A DNA stretch of 25,265 nt from a virus (taxonomy: Duplodnaviria; Caudoviricetes): the IMG/VR virus record IMGVR_UViG_3300048886_000141, positions 1 to 25,265 of that record. One strand, 5' to 3'. Within the stretch, counting starts at the first letter, position 1. Each line of letters opens with the position of its first letter. A program made the position numbers and the translations under genes. Under the pieces are notes generated by a model. The model saw only the letters and a program-made list of their open reading frames with translations, was not told the DNA's origin and ran no database searches. Shown here piece after piece: positions 16,803 to 25,265 of this stretch.

Positions 16803-18350
16803 TTAGAAGTAAGAGTCATAACTCTCGTCTTCACTTTCGCCCCAGCTATCATACATAGCGCCGCCCCAGTCAAAGTCTTCGCCATCTGGGTCCTTTCCAG
16901 ACCAATCTGCCCATCCACCTAATCCACCACCTTCTTCCTGTCCTTTACCCATAGTTCCACTTCCTGGGGAATATGTCCAACCAGTAAGACCTGGCGACAT
17001 CCCCGCTGCCACATTAGCCGCTATTTCATTGGCTATCTGAGATGTCTTTTCGTATCCTGCATTTTTACCAGCTAAGAATCCAGCGGTATTCATTATTGAA
17101 CCTGTCCCATCCAAATTAAATTGTTGAAGAGCCTGAAAATTAGTAGAGCTTATTTCATCATCTATAGTTAGATCAAAAGGTTGGTTCGCAAACTCTCTAT
17201 CTGTCGTTACATTCAGGTCATCAATCGTCGCGTAATCGTCACCGTATTTATTCCAAGTTTCTATTTGTGCCAGATGCTCTGTTAGATCTCCCGCTTTCGC
17301 CCATCCCACAATATCACCATTGGGTCCTTTCATTCCTACCATCTGATTTGGGTCCATATCTCTCATCGTATTATAATTATTCTTCGGACCATATTGTTGG
17401 CCTCTTCCACCGGGAGATAGCGTATCCCATGAAATCCTACCGGATGCTGGGTCGTAAGTAAGATTGCTATCATATTTTGGGTTGAATGAATGAAAACCAC
17501 CAGCCGCATTTAATACAGACCCTAATAGTCCAAGCACTCCAGCGCCGGGAATAGCCATACTTGCTACTCCACCAGTAACCAGATGCCCCAATGCTCCCCA
17601 TTTATCCATAGTAGACATTGTTGGGTCCATCAATCCCTGCAATCCCGGTGGTCCCCAGGTACTCCCGCCAATTCTGCCTCTAAAGTCAAAAGTATCAAAT
17701 GGGTCCACATAGGGCTGTTTATTGTCCAGACCAAGAGACAGGGATGAAGTGTTATCTAAAGAATAGGTCGTAAATGGGTCTATGGTGATCGTATCGTTAA
17801 GATTGACGGGTGCGTAATTTCCGGCGAACATCGCCTCGGTTGGGGTTAGTCCATGCTCGACGGCGCTAGACCTGCTTGCCTCCCAGCCAGGAGGGGAAAC
17901 ATCGGGCATTATTGATTTAGTTATATTATTTACAGCCGTCCAGGTCCCATCGCTGTTTTGATAATATGAAACCTGTCCTCCGGGGAGTTGATATGTCTCA
18001 CCGGGAGCTTGTAATGAAACAGGAGCAAGTCCTTTCCCAGCGGCTGCATTATCTTTAGCGTCATCTTTGTCTGGACTTTCTGAATTAAAAATTCCTACTA
18101 CATCATCTATAAAAGAATTTATACCAGACCCAATTTTAGAAAGCGTATCGTCACCCGCGCCTCCAAAAAGCTCATTTCTGTTAGCTAATGAACTTAATTC
18201 AGAGTCACCCCAAGAATAGTATCTAGGTGTTCGCCCCAGAACTACCGATTGATCTGTTGGTAACAGAGGTTCAGGGGCAGGTTCTGTATAAAATCTGCTT
18301 TCTAGCCACTCCCTTAACCAAGGAGGTGAGTTACTGTAGTCTATAGCCAT
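16803..18350 (-). CDS. acidic Gly/Asp-rich protein, probable virion component
   Basis: 515 aa; central hydrophobic Gly-rich stretch; very acidic aromatic C-terminus. Confidence 0.55.
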   Translation of the reverse strand: MAIDYSNSPPWLREWLESRFYTEPAPEPLLPTDQSVVLGRTPRYYSWGDSELSSLANRNELFGGAGDDTLSKIGSGINSFIDDVVGIFNSESPDKDDAKDNAAAGKGLAPVSLQAPGETYQLPGGQVSYYQNSDGTWTAVNNITKSIMPDVSPPGWEASRSSAVEHGLTPTEAMFAGNYAPVNLNDTITIDPFTTYSLDNTSSLSLGLDNKQPYVDPFDTFDFRGRIGGSTWGPPGLQGLMDPTMSTMDKWGALGHLVTGGVASMAIPGAGVLGLLGSVLNAAGGFHSFNPKYDSNLTYDPASGRISWDTLSPGGRGQQYGPKNNYNTMRDMDPNQMVGMKGPNGDIVGWAKAGDLTEHLAQIETWNKYGDDYATIDDLNVTTDREFANQPFDLTIDDEISSTNFQALQQFNLDGTGSIMNTAGFLAGKNAGYEKTSQIANEIAANVAAGMSPGLTGWTYSPGSGTMGKGQEEGGGLGGWADWSGKDPDGEDFDWGGAMYDSWGESEDESYDSYF

Positions 18351-18353
18351 TTG

Positions 18354-19232
18354 TTAATATCCCGTATCATTTGGATCACCAGCCATACTCCCCCAACCAC
18401 TATAAACAGATGCAGGAGGAGCGCCTCCTGCAGGTTGATCCCATATAGAAGCACCACGGCCAAAGTTTTGATTCGCCCAGTTTCCAGCCGCCATCATGCC
18501 TGTACTAAAGGGAGTACCCCGTGCCGCCATGACGTTTGCTAAGTTTTTAGACCCTGCAGCCCTTGATGCAAGTCCTTGTCCAGCGGCTTCTCCTAAATCA
18601 CCACCAATACCTCTGCCTAAGTTTGCGTACTGCATTGGAATATTTAGAAGACCAGTTGCCGTACCTATATCCGCAGATTCTCTACCAAGCAACTGATCGA
18701 TATAAGCCTGTGCCTGTGAAAAGGCTTGAGTTCGGCGTTGATTTTGTCCTCTGAATATTGAGTCCTCTAGACCCATTTGTTGCCCTCTTCCTCCAGTACC
18801 ACCAAGTCGCCCTTGAGCCAGGAGTCTAGTCTCTAAGTCTGTCCTTGCCTGATCTTCTGCCTGTTGATAATAAGGCTGTTGTTGTTGATAAAATGTATCT
18901 GCAGCCTCAAAAGGATTAAGGGAATAACTAAGAGCCTTTCCCCCGAAAAGACCGCTTCTAGTAAGCGCCCCTTGATACATATCGGCAAGCTCTGGGGACA
19001 ATTGTTGTAGTGCAAGTCTTGCGTCTGGATCAAAGTCTGCAGTACCCCCTGGACCAGCGGTAGCCCAAGGTTGAGCAGCCGCAAGAGCAGCATCTGCATT
19101 TGCAGTATTAGCTGCAGACATCGTTTGAGCGGCCTCTACAGCATTATCTCCAGCGGATGACGCGCCTAAGTAAGCTAACCCTCCTCCGATAGCAGAGCCT
19201 AATACAGGTCCCAACCAGTCCCAACCAGCCAT
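18354..19232 (-). CDS. putative DNA ejection/pilot protein
   Basis: 292 aa; N-terminal WLGPVLGSAIGGGLAYLGAS; Ala/Gln/Gly-rich; follows the nozzle gene; GAGGAG RBS. Confidence 0.7.
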   Translation of the reverse strand: MAGWDWLGPVLGSAIGGGLAYLGASSAGDNAVEAAQTMSAANTANADAALAAAQPWATAGPGGTADFDPDARLALQQLSPELADMYQGALTRSGLFGGKALSYSLNPFEAADTFYQQQQPYYQQAEDQARTDLETRLLAQGRLGGTGGRGQQMGLEDSIFRGQNQRRTQAFSQAQAYIDQLLGRESADIGTATGLLNIPMQYANLGRGIGGDLGEAAGQGLASRAAGSKNLANVMAARGTPFSTGMMAAGNWANQNFGRGASIWDQPAGGAPPASVYSGWGSMAGDPNDTGY

Positions 19233-19257
19233 TATTTTATACTCCTCGTTAAATCAA

Positions 19258-20913
19258 TCATCTGACTTTTCCTTGTTTAGTTAGCAATGTAGTATTAATC
19301 AAACTAGAATAATTTCCATTGACTTCCGTAGTCATTTTAAGTCTTATTACTTTTCCTGTACGGGCCAAGGGAGCATTGTATTCTCTTGGAGTTGCTGCCG
19401 GTGCATATAATGCAGAGCCATAGAGAGAATCTGAGCTACCATATAAATATTTAGTGGCATCACTTGCCAATGTAAATGTCTTAGAATAACTTGAACCTTC
19501 TTCATAATCCTTAGATATTGTAATTGTACTTGTGGAGTCTTCACCACCAGTTATTGTCAAGAGACCCTTCTTAATAATTTTAGTAAAAGTAGGATTCCCT
19601 AAATCAAGCCAAGGACTTTGAAATACCCAATTGTATGCTGTATCTGTCGAGGACCAACATTTAGAGTCTGCCCATATTCCAGATGCGGTCTCACAGGCTC
19701 CTTGTGTTGCGTATGTCGAAGTGGAGTCAGCAATGGATACATCAAAATATTCATTATATTCCGCTACTGAATCACTAAGGCCCATATATAATTTACCATC
19801 AAGAGTACTCACTCCACATAATGGATTAGATGTAAATGTCCATGTTGTAACTCTTGGAACTTTAGCCATCCCCATAGAGAAATCAAAACAATAAGCCTTG
19901 TTATCCCCCGGCATGAAAGTTAATACAAAACCTTCTTTCTGATAGTAGCAACTTTTTATTGTATCTAAATCAGCATCAACAAGTATTCTAGTTAGATCAT
20001 TACGGACAGTAATAGATATAGTTTCTACTGGAGCCTTACCATCTGATTGTGTCAGACGTTTTATTGACATTAATCCTTCATAACTCATAAAGAATAAATC
20101 AGCCTCTACATAAACAATATTATCTCTTCCGGCTAATCCCACTCCTCGAATTATTTCCACTAAAGTCATTGTGGCCGGATTAGAGGCTCCTGCATAAAGA
20201 ACGATGTTACTCTTTCCGAATATAATAATCTTATCTTCAAGAGTAGCTAACCCTACAATCTCATCATTACCCCAAACAGTCTTTAGATCAACAACTCCAG
20301 CGGCACCACCAGTTAGTTTCTCTCCAATAAGGTTATCGGAATAAAAAAGTGTCCCTCTGTCCTCTGTAATTCCGCCGTACCACATGCGCCCAAAGTCTCC
20401 TACTGCACAAGAAGGATCAAATGTTGTTACTCCTCCCGGTGCCGCATAGGCTCCCAAATCTTCCATATCGTACCAGTTAGTACCATCATAGTTTATGACC
20501 TTATGCCCTGCCTGTACTCCCCAGAATTCATTATTAAAGTTAACCCATTGCCAATTTGAATCAGTAATTGTTTGAGGGGAACCAGAAAAACTTTGAGTCG
20601 CTAAGTCATCTGGATTTGTTGAAATATCTAGTTTAACAATAGTGGCTCCTGATCCACCATAGTATTCTCTAGTGCGATCTGATTTAACATATTCTCCCAG
20701 AGATTTCACTGAACTAGCGACAGTCTTAGATACCTGTTTAATGCCCTTTCTGGGACCCATCCGCCCCTCTAGGTCATAGACTACATTATTAGCCTCTGTT
20801 AACCACTCTGGCCCTAGAGTCGCACTCTGGGCTTGCGTATTTAGCCCCCTGGACCCTAGAGTATTTAGTACAACTGGTGTTAGTGGTTTAGCTACCATAC
20901 CAAGTAGTCTCAT
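19258..20913 (-). CDS. tail nozzle / tubular protein B (P22 gp10 or T7 gp12-like)
   Basis: 551 aa; beta-rich propeller-like sequence (GLN.., ANNV, LFYSD, IIIFGK, TTWT); follows the adaptor gene; start may be ATG 20898. Confidence 0.75.
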   Translation of the reverse strand: MRLLGMVAKPLTPVVLNTLGSRGLNTQAQSATLGPEWLTEANNVVYDLEGRMGPRKGIKQVSKTVASSVKSLGEYVKSDRTREYYGGSGATIVKLDISTNPDDLATQSFSGSPQTITDSNWQWVNFNNEFWGVQAGHKVINYDGTNWYDMEDLGAYAAPGGVTTFDPSCAVGDFGRMWYGGITEDRGTLFYSDNLIGEKLTGGAAGVVDLKTVWGNDEIVGLATLEDKIIIFGKSNIVLYAGASNPATMTLVEIIRGVGLAGRDNIVYVEADLFFMSYEGLMSIKRLTQSDGKAPVETISITVRNDLTRILVDADLDTIKSCYYQKEGFVLTFMPGDNKAYCFDFSMGMAKVPRVTTWTFTSNPLCGVSTLDGKLYMGLSDSVAEYNEYFDVSIADSTSTYATQGACETASGIWADSKCWSSTDTAYNWVFQSPWLDLGNPTFTKIIKKGLLTITGGEDSTSTITISKDYEEGSSYSKTFTLASDATKYLYGSSDSLYGSALYAPAATPREYNAPLARTGKVIRLKMTTEVNGNYSSLINTTLLTKQGKVR

Positions 20914-21544
20914 TTACAGTACGAAGTTCATCTGAAGAAACTGCATCTGATAATGCACTTGCAAATCTTGTGGCTGCAGTATCAGAGAGTGTGCCGCCGT
21001 CCTCTCCCCGTTCATTTAGGGCAAGAGAATAAGCTCCCAGTAATACAAGATTTTCTAATACTGAAAAAGTATCGGCAGCTAGAGTTCTGTCACTCTGTGG
21101 CTGTACTGCATGAACTTTAATATCATAGACGCCATTAGGGATAGGCCAAAAGGAGATATCATTATCTTTTAATCTGAAATAGGAAGGTTGACCTGTTTGG
21201 GTAGTACCTATATATTGATAATTATAATACTGAGCATCACTTATTTGTGATAATTGAGCATTACTAGTATTATTGATAACTTGTAGAACGCGAGACCTAG
21301 CATTTAAGTTAGTCATATCATATGTATCTGTAGAGTCTGAAGTAGTCACTGTCTCAAGAGTCCTTAAAACTCCCCAGTTCCAAGCATCCTCTACAAGGTC
21401 TTTAGCTTCATTAACAAACTCACCTATTAATTTCTGATAATCACTTAGTGAAGAAGTTGAGGATATAGTCCCTGACCAATCAGACCCAACAGTATCCTCT
21501 CGTAGCCTAGTCAGTACTTTATCTATAACAGTTCTATAACTCAT
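20888..21544 (-). CDS. tail adaptor / tubular protein A
   Basis: 218 aa; VIDKVLTRLRE, FVNEAK..VE..WNW, GQPSYF, FWPIP motifs. Confidence 0.75.
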   Translation of the reverse strand: MSYRTVIDKVLTRLREDTVGSDWSGTISSTSSLSDYQKLIGEFVNEAKDLVEDAWNWGVLRTLETVTTSDSTDTYDMTNLNARSRVLQVINNTSNAQLSQISDAQYYNYQYIGTTQTGQPSYFRLKDNDISFWPIPNGVYDIKVHAVQPQSDRTLAADTFSVLENLVLLGAYSLALNERGEDGGTLSDTAATRFASALSDAVSSDELRTVNETTWYGS

Positions 21545-21996
21545 AAACTTAATTCCTCATCTAAAAATAAATTTCTTTCAGCTTTTCTGCGTCTAAGAAG
21601 CCCTGGAATTATTCTTTTATTTGCGTATTTCCACCTAAGAAACTCATCTGCACAGCCCTGATAGTCTTTCCTATTTAATTTCATTCTGGCTGTTGATCTC
21701 TGAAAGGCTCCTGATCCTACATTATATATGAAACTGCAAAGAGCCGCAAACTGATTTTCATTTACTTCCACTTTAACTAAACGTGCTATTCTATCTTCAG
21801 TAGTCTTTAAGTCACGCTCAACTAATTTAATGGCCTCTTCCTTTGTTATTGCTTTATGCCCCTTAGTGACCCTCTTACTATCACTTCCATATATTGATCC
21901 AAATCCTATTGTCCATACGCCCGCTATATCTTTATATGGTTCTGAAGAAAATCCCTCAAAGTCCTTTAGTAAAGTTAACCCTCTATCATTTATCAT
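21541..21996 (-). CDS. endolysin, GH24 phage lysozyme
   Basis: Catalytic E-x8-D-x5-T (FEGFSSEPYKDIAGVWTIGFG), NQFAAL.SF.YNVG, GLLRRR.AE; start reassigned to ATG 21996 (ATGA overlap with the upstream gene). Confidence 0.95.
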   Translation of the reverse strand: MINDRGLTLLKDFEGFSSEPYKDIAGVWTIGFGSIYGSDSKRVTKGHKAITKEEAIKLVERDLKTTEDRIARLVKVEVNENQFAALCSFIYNVGSGAFQRSTARMKLNRKDYQGCADEFLRWKYANKRIIPGLLRRRKAERNLFLDEELSL

Positions 21997-22427
21997 CTTG
22001 ACCACTTGCTTACCAATCTCTGACCAAACCAAAAACTGATAATTACAGAAAAAATTCCTACCATCTCGTTCGACCAAAGTTTTTGAAAAAGCTCTGGACT
22101 GATTTTGTTGAAGGCCGAAAGAAAAGTAAGCAATACAAATTCCAAAAAGAAGAAATATGTAATTAACGGTCTTACTGATGCAGAGATGTTTACCACCCAT
22201 TGACTAGCTCTCTTAGTTTGTTCATCAGAACTTCGGTGAACTGCTATATTAGCTTCGCCTACACTAGTAATAATTGCCTCATCCCTTTTATCTTGGGACT
22301 GTTGTTGCATAAGTTTTAATTCATGCTCCTTATCTCTTTGATCTTGTTTGGAATCCATGTAGGACTTAAAAATGCCTGGACCCGTCGAAGTAACAAAACC
22401 TAATATGGAACCTAATAAACTTATCAT
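21993..22427 (-). CDS. putative holin
   Basis: 144 aa; SVRPLITY, two TM segments plus hydrophobic N-terminus, SFWFGQR; coupled to the endolysin. Confidence 0.75.
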   Translation of the reverse strand: MISLLGSILGFVTSTGPGIFKSYMDSKQDQRDKEHELKLMQQQSQDKRDEAIITSVGEANIAVHRSSDEQTKRASQWVVNISASVRPLITYFFFLEFVLLTFLSAFNKISPELFQKLWSNEMVGIFSVIISFWFGQRLVSKWSR

Positions 22428-22433
22428 AATCCT

Positions 22434-22778
22434 CTACTCTAGATTAGCTTTAATAGCTTTTTTAGGAAACTCATTAGCTTCTTTTAATTCACCGGGCGTT
22501 CCTGCGAAATGAATACAGGACATCCCTCCTACATTCTCTACCAGAATTGTGTAACCTGCTTTTTCATTCAAAAAAAGTTTTACAATATTCTGCTCATCTA
22601 TATAACCAGTAAATTTTAATCCTTTTTTAGAAAAAAGTTTATGGAACTGCTTTGATCCACCACAATATACAGTGCTGACTACATTAAACTGTGTTACTTG
22701 TATTTCTTCATTCTCTTCTGCGGACAATACAGAAAATGGGAGTATCATTAGAGCTAAACTTAAAAGTAATCTATTCAT
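22434..22778 (-). CDS. signal-peptide-bearing hypothetical protein
   Basis: MNRLLLSLALMILPFSVLSA Sec-type signal; two Cys in the mature region. Confidence 0.7.
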   Translation of the reverse strand: MNRLLLSLALMILPFSVLSAEENEEIQVTQFNVVSTVYCGGSKQFHKLFSKKGLKFTGYIDEQNIVKLFLNEKAGYTILVENVGGMSCIHFAGTPGELKEANEFPKKAIKANLE

Positions 22779-22793
22779 GGGACATTATCCTTC

Positions 22794-23153
22794 TTAAACT
22801 ATTTTAGGGTGTTTTCCATTGTGCATAAGTTTTATTTTTTCGACTTCATCATAAAGTAATTTATAAAGTTCTTTTGCGGCGCTTAGGTTTTCACTTATTT
22901 TCTCTATTTCTCTTGCTCTTCGTTCTAAATTATCTGGAGATAAAATGTCGGATATAACATCCATCCTACTTTCTAGTACTTCTTGATTTGCTATATAGTC
23001 TTCTACTTTTGTCTCTAAAGTTTGTATCTCTTTAGTTAAAGAAGACAGATCATTTAATGCTCTTCCTAATTGACTCTTAACTAAACCCCATGTCGCTGCA
23101 ATTCCAGAGACTACTGTGGCTATTGTTAATAATTCTCTTACACCTAACTCCAT
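22794..23153 (-). CDS. membrane-anchored coiled-coil protein (possibly lysis-associated)
   Basis: N-terminal hydrophobic helix followed by heptad-rich region; ends MHNGKHP. Confidence 0.65.
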   Translation of the reverse strand: MELGVRELLTIATVVSGIAATWGLVKSQLGRALNDLSSLTKEIQTLETKVEDYIANQEVLESRMDVISDILSPDNLERRAREIEKISENLSAAKELYKLLYDEVEKIKLMHNGKHPKIV

Positions 23154-23160
23154 TTAAGTT

Positions 23161-24030
23161 TCATGTCCATGATATCCCTTCCGGCCAATCAAGATGATCT
23201 CCAAGGAGTGAGATACATGCATTTATATGCTCTCTAGGATAGCCAAGATATGTTTCTGGGTCCGCATTACCTCTAAATGGGCCATAGCTTCCAAGCTCTG
23301 CTAGAGCAAGGTCTTTCTCTCGACCTGTTAAGTCTGTTCTTTTTTCTTGCACAGTTTCCCAAAAACAATCTAAACAAAACGTCTCTGTGTAATCGCAACG
23401 AGAGATATGATGTGGAGCGCGTATTACTTTTAATTCATCAGGTAGTAATTCCCATTGTTCAAAACGTCCTATGAACTCTGAACCAATAACATCCCACTTC
23501 TCGTTTATCCACTTTTCCGGGTCTACTGGGTCCATAAAGTAAGCAGCAGGATATGGAGTATCAAGAATTTTACTCCCAACAAAATAATGCAATAGACCTT
23601 CTCTTTTAGAGAAGTATAGCTCTCTAAGCTCTTCTATACGGACAAAAGGATAATCCCAATATGTATTCTCTAGGGATATACCAGAAAGATATACATCTGG
23701 TTTTATACGGTCAATAACCTCTGTTCTCTTTAGCCATCTAGGATATAGAACTCCCGCTAGATTTGATGAATTAGTAAATCCGCTTCTAATAGGAAGTATA
23801 ATTTCTCTTTTAGACGGCTCTAATATTCCATCTTCTTCCCAAAAATTAAAATCTCTTACATTGTCTTTTAACCACTGAACCATATTTCTGGCCGCTACTT
23901 GTTTCCGCTCTTCCGATTCAAAATGTTCAACATGACGATAAGCATGTATCTCATGATCAGTTTCACTCAACCAACGCCAGAGTCCATAGGTAGAATTAAT
24001 ACCACCTGAGAATGGAATAAGAACTTTCAT
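23161..24030 (-). CDS. PP-loop (QueC-like adenine nucleotide alpha-hydrolase) protein
   Basis: MKVLIPFSGGINSTY, a variant of the SGGxDS loop; distal HH..C-x6-C-x2-C putative Zn site. Confidence 0.7.
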   Translation of the reverse strand: MKVLIPFSGGINSTYGLWRWLSETDHEIHAYRHVEHFESEERKQVAARNMVQWLKDNVRDFNFWEEDGILEPSKREIILPIRSGFTNSSNLAGVLYPRWLKRTEVIDRIKPDVYLSGISLENTYWDYPFVRIEELRELYFSKREGLLHYFVGSKILDTPYPAAYFMDPVDPEKWINEKWDVIGSEFIGRFEQWELLPDELKVIRAPHHISRCDYTETFCLDCFWETVQEKRTDLTGREKDLALAELGSYGPFRGNADPETYLGYPREHINACISLLGDHLDWPEGISWT

Positions 24031-24686
24031 TAGCCAACCGTCCCGTTTGTTGTGCCACTATCATTATATGTTAAAGTACGCCCGTTTTTCCGCATCGCAT
24101 ACCCTGCCGCACCACCGGCACCGGGGTGGTTAAGTATGCAATTTGAACTACCACCACCAAAGGAACCACTCGCACCCGCTGCACCAAATCCACCAGCCGC
24201 ACCAGCGCTGCCGTTGTGTGCAGGGGCCTCACACCACTGGCCTAACTTATCATCGTGATAAGTGTTTCGTCTCCCATGGCCGCCACCGCCTCCACCGCCA
24301 CCTTGTAGAGATGCACCGGAGAAGTTGTTAACTACTAGAGTGCCTATGCCTCCAGTATCAGTTTCAATATAAAGAGCATCACCTCCTACTGAACCAGCGG
24401 CACCAAGACTACCCGCCGCTCCAGTATACCCATTTATACTACCATAATTATCTATAGTGAGTGAGGTATCCGCATGTAATGCTCCAGTCTTCATTGCATG
24501 TGTCGAAGACCCAGATACAGTTACCCCGGCATTTATTGTAATTGTGATAGTACCACCAACAGAGTTATTATATCCAACGGCGGTAGCAAGTGTAAGGATG
24601 TCAACCTCACTTGTATTGGTACTGATAGTCAAACCAGTTCCTGATGCTGCTGCTCCGAAACCTGCGAGATGGTTCGCAATGAACAT
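24030..24686 (-). CDS. glycine-rich tail fibre tip / adhesin-like protein
   Basis: ITINAGVTV, IDNYGSING, GGDAL, GGGGGGGG, GGAAGYA pattern resembling T-even gp38-type polyglycine adhesins. Confidence 0.7.
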   Translation of the reverse strand: MFIANHLAGFGAAASGTGLTISTNTSEVDILTLATAVGYNNSVGGTITITINAGVTVSGSSTHAMKTGALHADTSLTIDNYGSINGYTGAAGSLGAAGSVGGDALYIETDTGGIGTLVVNNFSGASLQGGGGGGGGHGRRNTYHDDKLGQWCEAPAHNGSAGAAGGFGAAGASGSFGGGSSNCILNHPGAGGAAGYAMRKNGRTLTYNDSGTTNGTVG

Positions 24687-25264
24687 TAGGTATCATCCGC
24701 CGCATTCGTAGTTATAAATAATTTAACCCCAATAAGTCTTGTATCTTCAGTGGCCGTATCATTAGTATCAGAAACGTCCCTAAACACTCTGAAGAAACAC
24801 ATATCCCCAACAGCCGGTGTCCCGGAAATAGTTACTTCAGGAGTTTCATCTGAAACTAACAATTCTTCGGCTGCACTTTGATTATTATCATCTATAACTT
24901 GTGGAGTGCCATATGCTACATCAATTGATTCATTATCAGATACTGCTACACCTTGAATACCCCATGTCACACCATCAGTATCCGCTGCCGTTGAAGTCCA
25001 ATAAAATTGGGTAGTCACTGTCCCTAAGTTCCAACTCTTAGGCATTGCGATCTGGAATTGAGCGTGTTCATCCGCCGTAGCATCAAAATCTAAAACTTGT
25101 AGATCAGGCCGTTCAGCCGTAGTCTCTACATCCACAATAGGAGCGCATCCGTTTGATAGAGTAGGTCTCATCGCAGCGGCGGGAATAAAGATAGTATGTT
25201 TTCCCTGCTTATGAACCCCAGCAAAGACTGTATCAGTTCCATCAGACATTACTGCAGTACCGTC
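24686..25264 (-). CDS. tail/virion structural protein, C-terminal part (5'-truncated by the window)
   Basis: Frame stays open to the window edge; beta-rich acidic domain (LDFD...QF..MPKSWN.G, RVFRD); TAATG-coupled to the adhesin gene. Confidence 0.6.
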   Translation of the reverse strand, partial: DGTAVMSDGTDTVFAGVHKQGKHTIFIPAAAMRPTLSNGCAPIVDVETTAERPDLQVLDFDATADEHAQFQIAMPKSWNLGTVTTQFYWTSTAADTDGVTWGIQGVAVSDNESIDVAYGTPQVIDDNNQSAAEELLVSDETPEVTISGTPAVGDMCFFRVFRDVSDTNDTATEDTRLIGVKLFITTNAADDT

Positions 25265-25265
25265 C

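Noticed and set aside
21997-22200. Hydrophobic N-terminal extension of the endolysin (apparent SAR/signal endolysin)
   Set aside because: It overlaps the holin gene in another frame; the ATGA-coupled start at 21996 gives a normal 151-aa lysozyme. Not fully excluded.
23161-24030. Naming the gene queC and inferring 7-deazaguanine-modified DNA
   Set aside because: Degenerate motifs and no partner pathway genes in the window
13560-24711. Plus-strand ORFs within the structural arm
   Set aside because: Antisense shadows of long minus-strand genes
1-25265. Alternative genetic code, tRNA genes, integrase/att site, phage RNA polymerase
   Set aside because: Genes tile densely under the standard code with TAA, TAG and TGA all used as stops; none of these elements was recognised in the window

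Overview
This window is an internal fragment of a dsDNA podovirus genome with two convergent arms. The + strand arm (1-11409) has small early genes, three good host sigma70-type promoters and a T7-like replication module: SSB, primase-helicase, an HNH endonuclease, a family A DNA polymerase (Tyr762 type), a PD-(D/E)XK exonuclease, endonuclease I, a DUF3310/gp1.7-like protein and a class II (B12-dependent) ribonucleotide reductase. The - strand arm (11416-25265) has tail/adhesin genes, a PP-loop QueC-like enzyme, a lysis cassette, tail adaptor/nozzle proteins and five probable internal virion (ejection) proteins. No RNA polymerase, integrase, tRNA, capsid, portal or terminase gene is visible in the window. 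The layout resembles SIO1/cobavirus-like (Zobellviridae-like) marine phages; this is inferred from gene content and no search was run. Most interesting: an orphan QueC-like enzyme coupled to the tail adhesin genes, a Gp88-like protein with radical-SAM-like cysteines in the early region, a palindrome-packed AT-rich tract behind a promoter, an HNH gene overprinting the polymerase start, and an expanded set of ejection proteins sharing G-L-[F/L] motifs. All product calls come from reading motifs by eye.
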